DNA of 53,433 nucleotides from an uncultured Gammaproteobacteria bacterium (lineage in GTDB: Bacteria; Patescibacteriota; Patescibacteriia; S139-126), in contig CAZBLW010000002.1 in assembly GCA_964493305.1 (NCBI GenBank), positions 21,244 through 74,676 on the forward strand, given 5' to 3'. Below, one piece after another: positions 26,771-36,902 of the stretch. Under the pieces are notes generated by a model. The model ran no database searches. It was not told the origin of the DNA and saw only the letters and a program-made list of their open reading frames with translations. The translations under genes were made by a program, and so were the position numbers. The first letter of the stretch is position 1. The number at the start of each line of letters is the position of its first letter.

Positions 26771-27851
26771 ATATGGGATTTTGTCTTTATTGCTGGTTAA
26801 TTTGCTACTGACAACAGTGGCGGTAGTTTATTTTTTACAAGTTCAAACTAACCCCTTTTTTTATCCCGGATTTTTAAGTAGTTATAACCGATTAAAATCC
26901 GTACAAACAATTGATCGGCAAACTGATCTTCGTAGTTACGAACTTATTTTTGGTGGAGATGTGATGTTGTCTCGTCACGTGCAAACTTTACAAGAAAAAA
27001 ACGGTTCTTATTTGTCAGCATGGGAAAATATTTATCAAGAATTTAGTGAGGCTGATTTGGCGATTATCAATCTTGAATCTCCTTTTGCATATACTGGTCC
27101 TTATCCTACCGAAGGTATGACTTTCCGAGCCCGACCAGAAAATATTGTTGGCTTAAATTCTGCCGGTATCGACGTGGTTCATCTGGCTAACAATCATTTT
27201 GGCAATGCTGGTCTATCTGGTATGAATGATACTTGGCAGTTGTTGGCAGACAATAATATTATTTATGTGGGAGCTGGTACAAATACCAAAGATGCTTATC
27301 AAGGTAAAATTGTAGATGTTGCTGGTTGGCGCGTAGGTTTTGTTGGACAAAGTTATGATGTACCCTGGTACGCAGGGGGAGAAAATTCTCCTGGGATTGC
27401 AGTTTATGATTTAGAAAAATTAAAGCAAGCGATTAACCAATTAAAAACAAACCAAGCGGATTTTATCGTCGCCATGTTTCATGGTGGTATCGAGTATACT
27501 TATAATCCCAATCAAGAACAAATAAATTTTGCCCACGCGGCGATTGAGGCTGGGGCTGATGTTGTAATTGGCCATCATCCTCATTGGATTCAGGATACAG
27601 AAGAGTACCAGGGTAAATATATTTTTTATTCATTGGGTAATCTGATTTTTGATCAAAACTGGTCGCAAGAGACTAGTCAGGGCTTGGTAGTTAGTTTAGA
27701 AATTGTAAATAATCAAGTGGTCAAAGTAATACTGCGGCCGGTTGTGATTGAAGAAAATTTTCGTCCTCGCTTTGCCAACTTAGATGAAAGCAAAACAATA
27801 TTGAAAAACATTAATTTACCATTTGCTTATCGGCTTCCGTTTGACAATTAA
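26715..27851 (+). CDS. CapA-family metallophosphoesterase, membrane-anchored
   Basis: N-terminal TM, GDVML, NLE, LANNH, HGG-EY, GHHPH, YSLGN. Confidence 0.9.
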   Translation: MQEQDKKWVEKLLSGKKIKYGILSLLLVNLLLTTVAVVYFLQVQTNPFFYPGFLSSYNRLKSVQTIDRQTDLRSYELIFGGDVMLSRHVQTLQEKNGSYLSAWENIYQEFSEADLAIINLESPFAYTGPYPTEGMTFRARPENIVGLNSAGIDVVHLANNHFGNAGLSGMNDTWQLLADNNIIYVGAGTNTKDAYQGKIVDVAGWRVGFVGQSYDVPWYAGGENSPGIAVYDLEKLKQAINQLKTNQADFIVAMFHGGIEYTYNPNQEQINFAHAAIEAGADVVIGHHPHWIQDTEEYQGKYIFYSLGNLIFDQNWSQETSQGLVVSLEIVNNQVVKVILRPVVIEENFRPRFANLDESKTILKNINLPFAYRLPFDN

Positions 27852-27899
27852 CCTAAAGCTGAGTAAGATACTCTAATTAATAATTTTCCGGAGGTAGCG

Positions 27900-28445
27900 A
27901 TGAGTTCTTTTAAAAAAAATATTCCCAATTCTTTGAGTTTATCTCGAATTTTCCCTTTTACTGTATTTATTGTTTATTTTATTGTTGTTGGCGATAAAAT
28001 GTGGTTTTCGATAGTAGCTATTTTAGCTTCACTAACCGATTGGTTAGATGGTTATTTAGCCAGACGTTGGCAAGTGATTACCAAGCTAGGTATTATTTTG
28101 GATCCTATTGGTGATAAGGTTATTATTGCCTGTGGTGTAGTAACTCTTTATATTTTTGCTTATGTGCCCTTGTGGTTATTTATTACCATAATTGCCAAAG
28201 ATTTTTTTATTTTGTTAGGCGGTTTGTTGCTTAAATTTAAATATAACCAAGAGGTGCCGTCGGCTAATTGGTCAGGAAAATTGACTACCGTTGTAATTAC
28301 TATTACTTTATTTTTACATTTTTATTTTTCATCTGACGATTTAATAGTTTTTCAACTAATGACAGCTCTTAGTATAATCGTAGTTATATTCAATTATTCT
28401 CAAAGGTTTTTCATTTTGAAAAATAATTTACTAGAGGTCAATTAA
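27900..28445 (+). CDS. CDP-alcohol phosphatidyltransferase (PgsA-like)
   Basis: PNSLSLSR, DWLDGYLARR---G--LDPIGDK signature, GKLTT. Confidence 0.92.
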   Translation: MSSFKKNIPNSLSLSRIFPFTVFIVYFIVVGDKMWFSIVAILASLTDWLDGYLARRWQVITKLGIILDPIGDKVIIACGVVTLYIFAYVPLWLFITIIAKDFFILLGGLLLKFKYNQEVPSANWSGKLTTVVITITLFLHFYFSSDDLIVFQLMTALSIIVVIFNYSQRFFILKNNLLEVN

Positions 28446-28529
28446 TGACCTCTTTTTTAATAGATTGACTTTTAAATTTGTTTCTTTTAAACTACAAAAA
28501 ATATTTGTTTATCAAACTAGGAGGAAGTC

Positions 28530-28826
28530 ATGGAAATTATCAGTCTAATTGCCGAGGTAAATAAACATAGTACATTTAAATTAGATTATGAAAAAATGTC
28601 AGACGGGCATTTACTTACTATTGCTATTGAAAAAAATCAGATAAAAAAATTAATCCGTCTCTATCGGCGGATTATAAAAGAATTTAAATGTGAGAACTTA
28701 GTAGCTACCAATCAACCCACCCAGCCAATTTTTGGCAGGGATAGTGAAAAAAAATTATACAACCTATTCTTTTCTGAACAATCGGAAATAATCAAAACAA
28801 TAAAATTTATCGGGACTCATTATTGA
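28530..28826 (+). CDS. Hypothetical protein
   Basis: 98-aa ORF with an AGGAGG SD; no recognisable motif. Confidence 0.7.
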   Translation: MEIISLIAEVNKHSTFKLDYEKMSDGHLLTIAIEKNQIKKLIRLYRRIIKEFKCENLVATNQPTQPIFGRDSEKKLYNLFFSEQSEIIKTIKFIGTHY

Positions 28827-28842
28827 GTCCCTTTTCAATGTA

Positions 28843-29907
28843 TTAAACACTAAAGCGAAAATGCATCACGTCGCCGTCTTGCACAATATATTCCTTACCC
28901 TCAATTCTTAGTTTGCCATTGTTTTTCGCTCCTAGTTCACCATTATAGTCAATAAAATCTTGGTAAGAAATAACTTCCGCCCGGATAAACCCGTGTTCAA
29001 AATCAGTATGAATCACCCCCGCAGCTTGGGGCGCTTTAGTGCCGGCTGTTACTGTCCAGGCGCGTGATTCTTTGGGCCCAGAAGTAAAATAAGTTATTAA
29101 ATTTAAAATTTGGTAGGAAGTTTTAATAAGTTTATCTAAACCAGTTTCAGTGATGCCACTCTCTTTTAAATAATCTCTCATTTCTTCGTCAGTTAGTTCA
29201 GTTAATTCCGCTTCCAGTTTGGCACAGATTTTGATGGTGTTGGACGGTAGATTTGTTTCTTTTTTTAAATCTTCCTCAGCCACATTGTAAACATAAAACA
29301 GTGGTTTAGCGGTGAGTAGATTTAGTGATTTAATAATTTTTTCTTCCTCTTCATTAAATGATAAGGTACTAGCCCACTGGCCTTGTTCTAAAACTGATTT
29401 TATTTTTTCTAACAATACTTTTTCCTGATCAAGTAATTTATCATGTGGTCCTTTCATTTGGGAAATAGTTTTATCCAGTCGTTTGTTGACTGTTTCCAAG
29501 TCAGCAAAAACCAATTCCAAATTGATAGTTTCTTTGTCAGCTTCTGGATCTATTTTTCCATTTACATGAACAATATTCGTATCTGCAAAATTTCTTACCA
29601 CTTCTACAATAGCATCTACTTCTCTGATGTGGGATAAAAATTTATTGCCCAAACCTTCACCTTTGTGAGCATCTTTTACTAAACCAGCAATATCTACAAA
29701 TTCGATGATGGTGGGTATGGTTTTGGCGGATTGTGACAGTTGAGTTAATTTAACTAATCTGTCATCAGGAACTTCAACAACACCGACATTGGGATCAATA
29801 GTACAAAAGGGATAGTTTTGGGCATCAGCTTGGTTTTTGGTCAGGGCATTAAACAGGGTTGATTTGCCGACATTGGGAAGGCCTACGATACCGATTTGAA
29901 ATGACAC
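28843..29907 (-). CDS. ychF: Redox-regulated ATPase YchF
   Basis: GIVGLPNVGKSTLF, NYPFCTIDPN, DIAGLV, GVIHTDFE-GFIRAEV, GKEY-VQDGD. Confidence 0.98.
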   Translation of the reverse strand: MSFQIGIVGLPNVGKSTLFNALTKNQADAQNYPFCTIDPNVGVVEVPDDRLVKLTQLSQSAKTIPTIIEFVDIAGLVKDAHKGEGLGNKFLSHIREVDAIVEVVRNFADTNIVHVNGKIDPEADKETINLELVFADLETVNKRLDKTISQMKGPHDKLLDQEKVLLEKIKSVLEQGQWASTLSFNEEEEKIIKSLNLLTAKPLFYVYNVAEEDLKKETNLPSNTIKICAKLEAELTELTDEEMRDYLKESGITETGLDKLIKTSYQILNLITYFTSGPKESRAWTVTAGTKAPQAAGVIHTDFEHGFIRAEVISYQDFIDYNGELGAKNNGKLRIEGKEYIVQDGDVMHFRFSV

Positions 29908-29915
29908 GGGATTTT

Positions 29916-29957
29916 GAATTATGAATTAAGAATTACGAATGACGAATTAAGAATTAC
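29916..29957 (+). repeat. Heptamer tandem array (x6) just upstream of ychF
   Basis: GAATTAT GAATTAA GAATTAC GAATGAC GAATTAA GAATTAC. Confidence 0.9.
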
Positions 29958-30047
29958 AAATAATTCTTAAAACGAAGTAATTGTAGCGGCAAATATAGTA
30001 GCAGTCAATTGGCTAGTAATAAATTTTTGCTATGCTAAAATTAATTT

Positions 30048-30383
30048 ATGTCAAAATATTTTTATGTTTTTGTAGTCATATTAATGAGTGCGTTTGGTGT
30101 TTTGGGAGATTATTTTATAAAACTTTCCGGCAATAGTCAGAAGTATATGTTAGTTAAGTGGTTTATTTTGGGCTTGTTGATTTATTCATTTTCGGCATTT
30201 GGTTGGTTTTTTGTGATGAAGCATATTAAACTGTCAATTTTGGGAGTTTATTATGCTTTAACTACAGTAATTTTGCTAGTAGGCCTTGGTTTAATTGTCT
30301 TCAAAGAAACATTAAACATTTATGAAATCATTGGTGTGCTACTGGCAGTAGCCTCGCTAATATTGTTATCTAGATTTGCCTAA
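30048..30383 (+). CDS. Small 4-TM DMT/SMR/EamA-like transporter
   Basis: 111 aa, four hydrophobic helices, E-L----IIG-LL-- pattern near the C-terminus. Confidence 0.7.
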   Translation: MSKYFYVFVVILMSAFGVLGDYFIKLSGNSQKYMLVKWFILGLLIYSFSAFGWFFVMKHIKLSILGVYYALTTVILLVGLGLIVFKETLNIYEIIGVLLAVASLILLSRFA

Positions 30384-30444
30384 ATAATAATTTGTTTATT
30401 GTTTAATAAATTGTTATAATTAATTTTGCAATTAACAATTTTTT

Positions 30445-30693
30445 ATGATTACTAAAGAATTTTTCAATCATTTGACCAAAACCATTGATGCAGTATTTTG
30501 GGGACTTTTTCTGCAAGGTATTACTTTGTTTTTACTGGCAGTACTGATTTTTATTTTTCCCAAAGCTTTGGTAATTTTGGCGGTTGTATTCTTTTTGTGG
30601 TTAGCTTTTATTTCTTTACTACTAGCGTATCGGGTGTGGAGTTCAAAAAAGAAATATCATAAATATTGGCAATGGTTGGAAGACAAAGAATAA
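30445..30693 (+). CDS. Small membrane hypothetical protein
   Basis: Two hydrophobic segments; abuts the next gene. Confidence 0.7.
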   Translation: MITKEFFNHLTKTIDAVFWGLFLQGITLFLLAVLIFIFPKALVILAVVFFLWLAFISLLLAYRVWSSKKKYHKYWQWLEDKE

Positions 30694-30694
30694 T

Positions 30695-31477
30695 ATGGGT
30701 AAAAAATTAGTTTTTGATTTAGAGACAAAAAAAACTTTTGACGAAGTCGGTGGGCACCAAAATGCCCATCTTTTAGGTATGTCGGTTTGTGGGGTATATG
30801 ATTATGAAACTGGTAAATATTCTGCTTACAAGGAGACAGAGATAAAAGAGTTAGAAAATTTATTCAAACAAGCGGAGTTACTTATTGGTTTTAATTCCAA
30901 ACATTTTGACAATACTGTTTTGCAACCATATTTCAATTTGGATTTAAAATCTATTCCTCATTTAGATATCTTAGAAGAGGTAGTAAAGCAACTTGGTTTT
31001 AGAATTAAGTTAGAAAGCTTAGCTCAGAGTACTTTGTACAGCGGAAAATCGGGTAGTGGGCTTGATGCTATTGCTTATTATCATGCGGGAGATTGGGATA
31101 AACTGATTAAATATTGTTTGGATGACGTACGAGTAACCAAAGATTTATATGAATATGGTCAAAAACACGGACGGTTATGGTACCAAACATCAGGTAAAAT
31201 AGTACCTTTCAATATTTCTTGGGCAGAGCAACCAAGTATTAAAGAAATATTGATGAAGGCCTTAAAGCAATATCAACAAGTGGAAATAGAATATTTAAAA
31301 GTAACTTCTGACAATACCAGTCGGGAAGTTAGAAAAATTGACATTATGGCCATGGATCAAGAAAGAATCAAAGCTTATGATCATACAGTTAAAGCCGAAA
31401 GGATATTTGCTATAGCTAAAATATTGAATCTCAAAGTTGTTGGTCAGATGTCTTCTTTCCAGCCCCAGCTGTTTTAA
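30695..31477 (+). CDS. RNase H-like DEDDy 3'-5' exonuclease (YprB/RNase_H_2-like) fused to a WYL-like domain
   Basis: ExoI FDLET, ExoII GFNSKHFD, ExoIII YCLDDV. C-terminal A----QQVEIEY...R-ID...L/IKAYDH...ERIF-I-KI. Ends QPQLF. Confidence 0.8.
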   Translation: MGKKLVFDLETKKTFDEVGGHQNAHLLGMSVCGVYDYETGKYSAYKETEIKELENLFKQAELLIGFNSKHFDNTVLQPYFNLDLKSIPHLDILEEVVKQLGFRIKLESLAQSTLYSGKSGSGLDAIAYYHAGDWDKLIKYCLDDVRVTKDLYEYGQKHGRLWYQTSGKIVPFNISWAEQPSIKEILMKALKQYQQVEIEYLKVTSDNTSREVRKIDIMAMDQERIKAYDHTVKAERIFAIAKILNLKVVGQMSSFQPQLF

Positions 31478-31503
31478 TTTTTTATTTTTGCTATCATAAC
31501 AAT

Positions 31504-32583
31504 ATGAAAGTAGTAGGTATAATTTGTGGTGGTCGTAGCGCTGAACACGAAGTTTCGCTACAATCAGCCAAAAATATTTTAAAAGCACTACCAGCTGATA
31601 AATATCAACCAGTATTATTGGGTATTGATAAAACAGGTAATTGGCGTCTTTATGACGTAGCAGCAGCGTTTTTATATCCAGATGATCCTAAGAAAATTGC
31701 TTTAGCTGACAAAGGTATTGATATTGCCCTCAGTCAAGGAGGAGAAATAATTGATCTCAGCAGTGGTCAAAAAATCAATCAACTAGATGTTGCTTTTCCT
31801 ATTGTCCATGGTACTGACGGCGAAGACGGAACTCTACAAGGTTTACTTAAGTTATTGGATATCCCTTTTGTCGGTCCGGATGTTTTATCTTCAGCAATTT
31901 GTATGGATAAAGATTTTGCCAAAAAAATAATGCAGGCCAATAATTTACCCACGTCTCCTTATCTTGTAGTTTTGACAGTGGCTGAGGCCTTAGCTAATTT
32001 TGATCAATATGTTCAAGAGTTGGGTTTGCCTTTTTTTGTTAAGCCATCAGCGCAGGGTTCTTCTGTGGGTATTAGCAAAGTAAAAGATTTTCAAGATTTT
32101 GAAGTGGCTATCAAAGATGCTTTTCAATTTGATGACAAAGTTTTATTGGAGAAGTATATGGCGGGTAGAGAAATTGAGTGTGCAGTTTTGGGCAATGAAG
32201 AACCAACAGTTTCTTTACCTGGAGAAATAATTCCTCAACACGAGTTTTATTCTTATGAAGCCAAATATCTTGACGATCAAGGAGCAATTTTAGTAGCTCC
32301 CGCTCAATTAACCAAAGAACAGATAACCACAGTACAAGCTTTGGCCAAAAAAACTTTTCTAGCCCTGGGTTGTCGTGGTATGGCAAGAGTAGATTTTTTT
32401 ATGGTAGAAAATGATTTTTATGTAAATGAAGTAAATACTATTCCTGGTTTTACCAAAATAAGTATGTATCCCAGGCTCTGGCAGGTAAGTGGCTTGAGTT
32501 ACGAAGAACTTATTCACCAATTGATTAAATTGGCTTTAGATAATTTTAAAGAACAAAAAAAATTAAAAACATCATATGTTTAA
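31504..32583 (+). CDS. ddl: D-alanine--D-alanine ligase
   Basis: GGRSAEHEVS, HGTDGEDG, GSSVG, FYSYEAKY, NEVNTIPGFT. Confidence 0.98.
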   Translation: MKVVGIICGGRSAEHEVSLQSAKNILKALPADKYQPVLLGIDKTGNWRLYDVAAAFLYPDDPKKIALADKGIDIALSQGGEIIDLSSGQKINQLDVAFPIVHGTDGEDGTLQGLLKLLDIPFVGPDVLSSAICMDKDFAKKIMQANNLPTSPYLVVLTVAEALANFDQYVQELGLPFFVKPSAQGSSVGISKVKDFQDFEVAIKDAFQFDDKVLLEKYMAGREIECAVLGNEEPTVSLPGEIIPQHEFYSYEAKYLDDQGAILVAPAQLTKEQITTVQALAKKTFLALGCRGMARVDFFMVENDFYVNEVNTIPGFTKISMYPRLWQVSGLSYEELIHQLIKLALDNFKEQKKLKTSYV

Positions 32584-33076
32584 TCAAACAATAAATATAT
32601 ATCAAAAAGTTTGTTTATTTACCTTAAGAGTTTTTCTGGGGTTTATTTTTTTATGGGCCTTTTTAGACAAAACTTTTGGTTTGGGATTTTCTACCCCTAA
32701 AGCCAAAGCTTGGATTAATGGTGGCTCACCCACTGGTGGATATTTAGGCAATCTGCAAGGGACATTAGCCACTGTGTTTAATAATATATCGGCAAGTACT
32801 CTGGTAGAGTGGCTTTTTATGTTGGGTTTATTGGGGGTGGGACTGGCTTTAATATTGGGGATTGGCTTGAAAATAGCAGCAGCAGCCGGTAGTTTAATGA
32901 TGTTTTTTATTTATTTATCCCAACTGCCACTGAAAACAAATCCGTTTGTTGATCAACATTTGATTTATATTTTAGTTTTATGGGTACTGTTGTTTTTCCA
33001 AGCGGGAAGTTATTTTGGCTTGGGAAAATGGTGGTCAGAATTGAATTTTATTAAAAAGAATAAATGGCTAATTTGA
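32576..33076 (+). CDS. DoxX / TQO small subunit DoxD-like membrane protein
   Basis: LRVFLGFIFLWAFLDK, G--L-LG, four TMs. Confidence 0.8.
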   Translation: MFNQTINIYQKVCLFTLRVFLGFIFLWAFLDKTFGLGFSTPKAKAWINGGSPTGGYLGNLQGTLATVFNNISASTLVEWLFMLGLLGVGLALILGIGLKIAAAAGSLMMFFIYLSQLPLKTNPFVDQHLIYILVLWVLLFFQAGSYFGLGKWWSELNFIKKNKWLI

Positions 33077-33516
33077 TTAAACCAGGTGTTGACTATATTG
33101 GCATAAGCACCCCCTTTTATTGTCATGATGGTAAAAACAATTTTTTATTTCATCGACGAAGTATAAATTGTCGTGATGAAATTGGTAAGTGGGATCCTGG
33201 CTCTGGACAGTTGGAATTTGGTTTAACACCCGAAGAAAATGTTTTAAAGGAATTAGCCGAAGAGTATGGTTGTCAAGGTAAAATTTTGGAAAAATTGCCG
33301 GCACATTCTATTTTGCGTACCAATAAAAATCAGCCAACCCATTGGTTGGCTATACCTTTTTTTATTTTAGTAAATCGTTCAGAGGTAAAAATAAATGACC
33401 CTGAAAAAATCGATGAAATTGGTTGGTTTACTTTAGATAACTTACCCCAACCACTACACGAAGGTTTTAATTTCACTTTTATTCATTATCAAGAATATTT
33501 TAAAAAGTATTTATAA
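33064..33516 (+). CDS. NUDIX hydrolase
   Basis: [25 protein letters not shown] Nudix-like box; WF-L--LP. Confidence 0.85.
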   Translation: MANLIKPGVDYIGISTPFYCHDGKNNFLFHRRSINCRDEIGKWDPGSGQLEFGLTPEENVLKELAEEYGCQGKILEKLPAHSILRTNKNQPTHWLAIPFFILVNRSEVKINDPEKIDEIGWFTLDNLPQPLHEGFNFTFIHYQEYFKKYL

Positions 33517-34788
33517 ACCAATATCTTGATAGAGAGGGAATTGAGTTGTTAAATCATTAACAGCTTTTTTTATTTTGTTTTTTATCACTTCATCGCCAAT
33601 ATTTTTTATTATTTCTACTATCAACTCACCTACCAATTTTGTTTCTGCTTCTTTTAATCCGCGCGTAGTGATAGCCGGAGTTCCTAATCTTAAACCAGAC
33701 GGATCGGTGGGTTTTCTTTGTTCATTGGGGATAGTGTTTTTATTGGCATAAATACCAACTTCATCCAGGGCAGTTTCGATTTCGCGACCACTGTGACCGG
33801 TATTAGTTAAATCAATCAACATTAAATGATTGTCGGTACCTCCACTAACGAGTTCTAAACCATTGTCCTGTAATGTTTGTGCCAATATTTGGGCGTTGTT
33901 TAGGACTTGTTGTTGGTATTTTTTAAATTCAGGCAAGAGCGCTTCTTTGAAAGCCACAGCTTTAGCGGCAATAATATGTTCCAAGGGGCCACCTTGAATT
34001 CCAGGAAAAACCGCACTATCAATATTTTGCGCTAGATTTTTTTTGGCCATTGGTTCTAAACGATTGATATTTTTTGATAAAATAATTGCCCCTCTAGGAC
34101 CGCGTAAAGTTTTGTGAGTAGTAGCCGTTACTACATCAGCCAAAGGTATTGGGTCCGGGTGAAGTTTGGCAGCTACTAGGCCGGCAATATGAGCCATGTC
34201 AACCATAAAATAAGATCTAACTTCATCAGCAATAGTTTTAAAATCTGAAAAATTAATAATGCGAGGGTAAGCTGAAGCCCCAGCTAAGATAAGTTTTGGA
34301 CGATGTTTTAAAGCCAACTCTCTAACTTCATCAAAATCTATTAGTCCATTTTTTATATTTACTCCATAATGAATAAATTTATAAAATTGTCCGGAAAAAT
34401 TTACTTTATGACCGTGTGTCAAATGTCCGCCTTCTGATAAACTCATTGATAGCACCGTGTCTCCAGGTTCTAGTAAAGCTAGATAAGCAGCAGCATTGGC
34501 TTGTGATCCCGAGTGTGGTTGGACATTTGCATGTTCAGCTTGAAAAATATTTTTTGCCCTGGCAATTGCCAATTTTTCTATTTGATCAATAAATTCGTTG
34601 CCACCATAATATCTTTTATCTGGATAACCTTCAGCATATTTGTTGGTCAATACCGTGCCCATTGTTTCCAGCACTGCTGACGAAACATAATTTTCTGAAG
34701 CTATCATTTCTAGTCCATCTCGTTGCCTTTGCAATTCATTTAAGATAATTTGATAAATTTCTGAGTCGTATTGTTGTAGATATTTCAT
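33511..34788 (-). CDS. glyA: Serine hydroxymethyltransferase (start probably ATG 34788)
   Basis: [40 protein letters not shown]. Confidence 0.99.
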   Translation of the reverse strand: MKYLQQYDSEIYQIILNELQRQRDGLEMIASENYVSSAVLETMGTVLTNKYAEGYPDKRYYGGNEFIDQIEKLAIARAKNIFQAEHANVQPHSGSQANAAAYLALLEPGDTVLSMSLSEGGHLTHGHKVNFSGQFYKFIHYGVNIKNGLIDFDEVRELALKHRPKLILAGASAYPRIINFSDFKTIADEVRSYFMVDMAHIAGLVAAKLHPDPIPLADVVTATTHKTLRGPRGAIILSKNINRLEPMAKKNLAQNIDSAVFPGIQGGPLEHIIAAKAVAFKEALLPEFKKYQQQVLNNAQILAQTLQDNGLELVSGGTDNHLMLIDLTNTGHSGREIETALDEVGIYANKNTIPNEQRKPTDPSGLRLGTPAITTRGLKEAETKLVGELIVEIIKNIGDEVIKNKIKKAVNDLTTQFPLYQDIGL

Positions 34789-34828
34789 GCTCTTAATTTT
34801 AATCATTGCTAAAATATTTGGCAAATAG

Positions 34829-34852
34829 AAAACCCCTCAAAAAATGAGGGGT
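34829..34852 (-). terminator. Terminator hairpin after the 34859-35188 ORF
   Basis: ACCCCTCA/TGAGGGGT stem; T run on the minus strand. Confidence 0.7.
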
Positions 34853-34858
34853 ATAGTA

Positions 34859-35188
34859 TTATTCGATTTCCAAACTCACTTGGTATTTTTTTGAAAATTC
34901 TTCAATAAATTTATTGAATTCTTCTTCTACGTTTTCAGAAAATATTAAATATTTTCTTATATTTTTTTCCTGGTGTCTTTCGTCGAGACCGCGTTTTATA
35001 AAGACCCAAGAGCTCGGATCTTTTTCAGCAATAAATTTTTTGAATTCATAATGGAATACTTCAGGTAAAAAAATTTTTTCTTTCAGATTGTTTGGGTCTT
35101 TGATTAAAACAGTGGGTATTTCAATCGGTAGGTGAACAAAAGATTTTTCTTTCCTTTTGAGAACTTTGATAACTTTGTTATTTTCCAT
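34859..35188 (-). CDS. Hypothetical protein
   Basis: 109-aa ORF bounded by terminators; no motif recognised. Confidence 0.7.
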   Translation of the reverse strand: MENNKVIKVLKRKEKSFVHLPIEIPTVLIKDPNNLKEKIFLPEVFHYEFKKFIAEKDPSSWVFIKRGLDERHQEKNIRKYLIFSENVEEEFNKFIEEFSKKYQVSLEIE

Positions 35189-35257
35189 TTCTAACCTCTT
35201 TTAATTTGTAAATGTAATGACAGATTATTATTATCTATTTTTATTAAATTGTCAAGT

Positions 35258-35284
35258 AAAACCGCCAAAGTTTTGGCGGTTTTT
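35258..35284 (-). terminator. Terminator after Elp3
   Basis: AAAACCGCCAA / TTGGCGGTTTT stem overlapping the stop codon. Confidence 0.8.
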
Positions 35285-36902
35285 AGATTTTTTTTACCAT
35301 ATAGGAACCTTGCAGGTGATAACCTAATTTTTTACGATAGTATTCTCTAACTCCAATACCGGCGATAACCGCTATTTTTTTATAACCATGCTGGCGGGCA
35401 ATAGTTTCGGCCTGATTCATTAGTTTTTTACCTAAGCCCCGGTGTTGTAATTTATTTTTACTGTCAGCATCATGTCGGACTAGTTCGCCATAGACATGTA
35501 GTTCTCTAACCAGAGCGGCATTTTGTATTTCGGGAAAAAGAACTTGGTTATTTTCAGTATTTAAACGTAAGCGGACAAAACCATAAATTGCGGTGCGGTT
35601 TTTATTTTCCCAAGATATAAAAAATTCTTTACCCCCACTAGCTTGATATTCATCAACAAACAATTGGGCTTGATCTAGGTCTTTATTTTGATAGCGGGCT
35701 TCACGGCAACGAATGCAGTGACAACGTAAATTTCGTTTTTTTAATTCTGCTTGTAACATTTCGCGTAAATTGGTGATTTTGTTACCAGCCCTGATGCTTT
35801 GTTCGGGAAAGTCACGAATCAATCGATTAATGCGACAATAGTAGGGTACTATTTGTTTTAATTCTAAAAGTAAATCAAATAATTTTTTTTCCGGGTAAGG
35901 TTTGTATTTACCAGATTTGTACCAAGAATATAGTGGAGCAAATTCACTAACAATGGTAGGATAAATTTTAATTTGATCTGGTCTAAAATCGGGGTCACTG
36001 AAAATTTGCCATAAAGTTTTTTTGTCTTTTGCTGGCGTAGCTCCAGGTAAATTTTGCATAATGTGATGATCAATTTTAAAACCATTTTCACGCAAGCGTT
36101 TGGTGGCAATTATAGAATCTTTAATATGATGACCGCGAACTATTAGGTCCAAAATTTTATCATCCAATATTTGAATACCAAGCTGTACTCGAGTACAACC
36201 CAAAGCACGCAATCTCTTTGTTTCTTTGACCGTTACCCAATCCGGTCTAGTTTCTAAAGTGATACCGATTATGCGATATTGGGCAGTTTCATTTATTTTT
36301 TGGGCTTGGGTTAGATTATAAGAGCGAATTTTTTTGGGTATGGTTTTATTAGTCAATACGTAAGTAAAATAATTAGCTGCTTCAAAACAACGTTTGATAA
36401 ACCACTGTTGATAAGACCAAGGATAAGCAGACCAAGTACCACCCAAAACTAGTAGTTCAATTTTATCTGGTTCGTGACCATTGAGAAAAAGTGCTCGCAT
36501 ACGATTGTGCACTTGCCAATACGGATCAAATTTATTCGCCACCGCTCGCATTGCTCCTGGTTCAGTGGAGAGATAACTTTTGGGCATCCCCGGTTCCAAA
36601 GGACAATAAATACATTTGCCAGGACAAGGATAGGGCTTGGTAAGTACAGTAATAGGAGTTACTCCTGACAAAGTTCTGGTGGCTCTAACTTTCAAAAGTT
36701 CGCTGATTTTGGCAAGGGGCTTTATTTTTTTATTTTCTATAAGCTTTTGATATACTAAACGTAGCTCGTTTTTTGGTTGGGGAGGCAGTTTATATTGAGT
36801 TGAAATTTTTCGATTCATAGCTAAAAATTGCACCTCATTTTTAGGTGGATGAGCTAACATAGTTAGAATAATTTCTTTTTGGGCAGTTTTATTTATATGC
36901 AT
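35283..36902 (-). CDS. elp3: Elp3-family radical SAM/GNAT tRNA carboxymethyluridine synthase (start probably ATG 36902)
   Basis: RTLSGV, CPGKCIYCP, PKSYL--EP, GGTW, ETRPD, LVRELHVYG, QHRGLGKKLM, GVREYYRK-GY. Confidence 0.93.
   Translation of the reverse strand: MHINKTAQKEIILTMLAHPPKNEVQFLAMNRKISTQYKLPPQPKNELRLVYQKLIENKKIKPLAKISELLKVRATRTLSGVTPITVLTKPYPCPGKCIYCPLEPGMPKSYLSTEPGAMRAVANKFDPYWQVHNRMRALFLNGHEPDKIELLVLGGTWSAYPWSYQQWFIKRCFEAANYFTYVLTNKTIPKKIRSYNLTQAQKINETAQYRIIGITLETRPDWVTVKETKRLRALGCTRVQLGIQILDDKILDLIVRGHHIKDSIIATKRLRENGFKIDHHIMQNLPGATPAKDKKTLWQIFSDPDFRPDQIKIYPTIVSEFAPLYSWYKSGKYKPYPEKKLFDLLLELKQIVPYYCRINRLIRDFPEQSIRAGNKITNLREMLQAELKKRNLRCHCIRCREARYQNKDLDQAQLFVDEYQASGGKEFFISWENKNRTAIYGFVRLRLNTENNQVLFPEIQNAALVRELHVYGELVRHDADSKNKLQHRGLGKKLMNQAETIARQHGYKKIAVIAGIGVREYYRKKLGYHLQGSYMVKKI

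Noticed and set aside
26715-27851. Poly-gamma-glutamate capsule locus (CapA with murI in the window)
   Set aside because: No capB/capC/capE genes; CapA-family proteins are common stand-alone envelope hydrolases.
33511-33516. Convergent stop-codon overlaps (TTATAA here; TTAA at 46974-77)
   Set aside because: Expected in compact AT-rich genomes; no sign of a special function.
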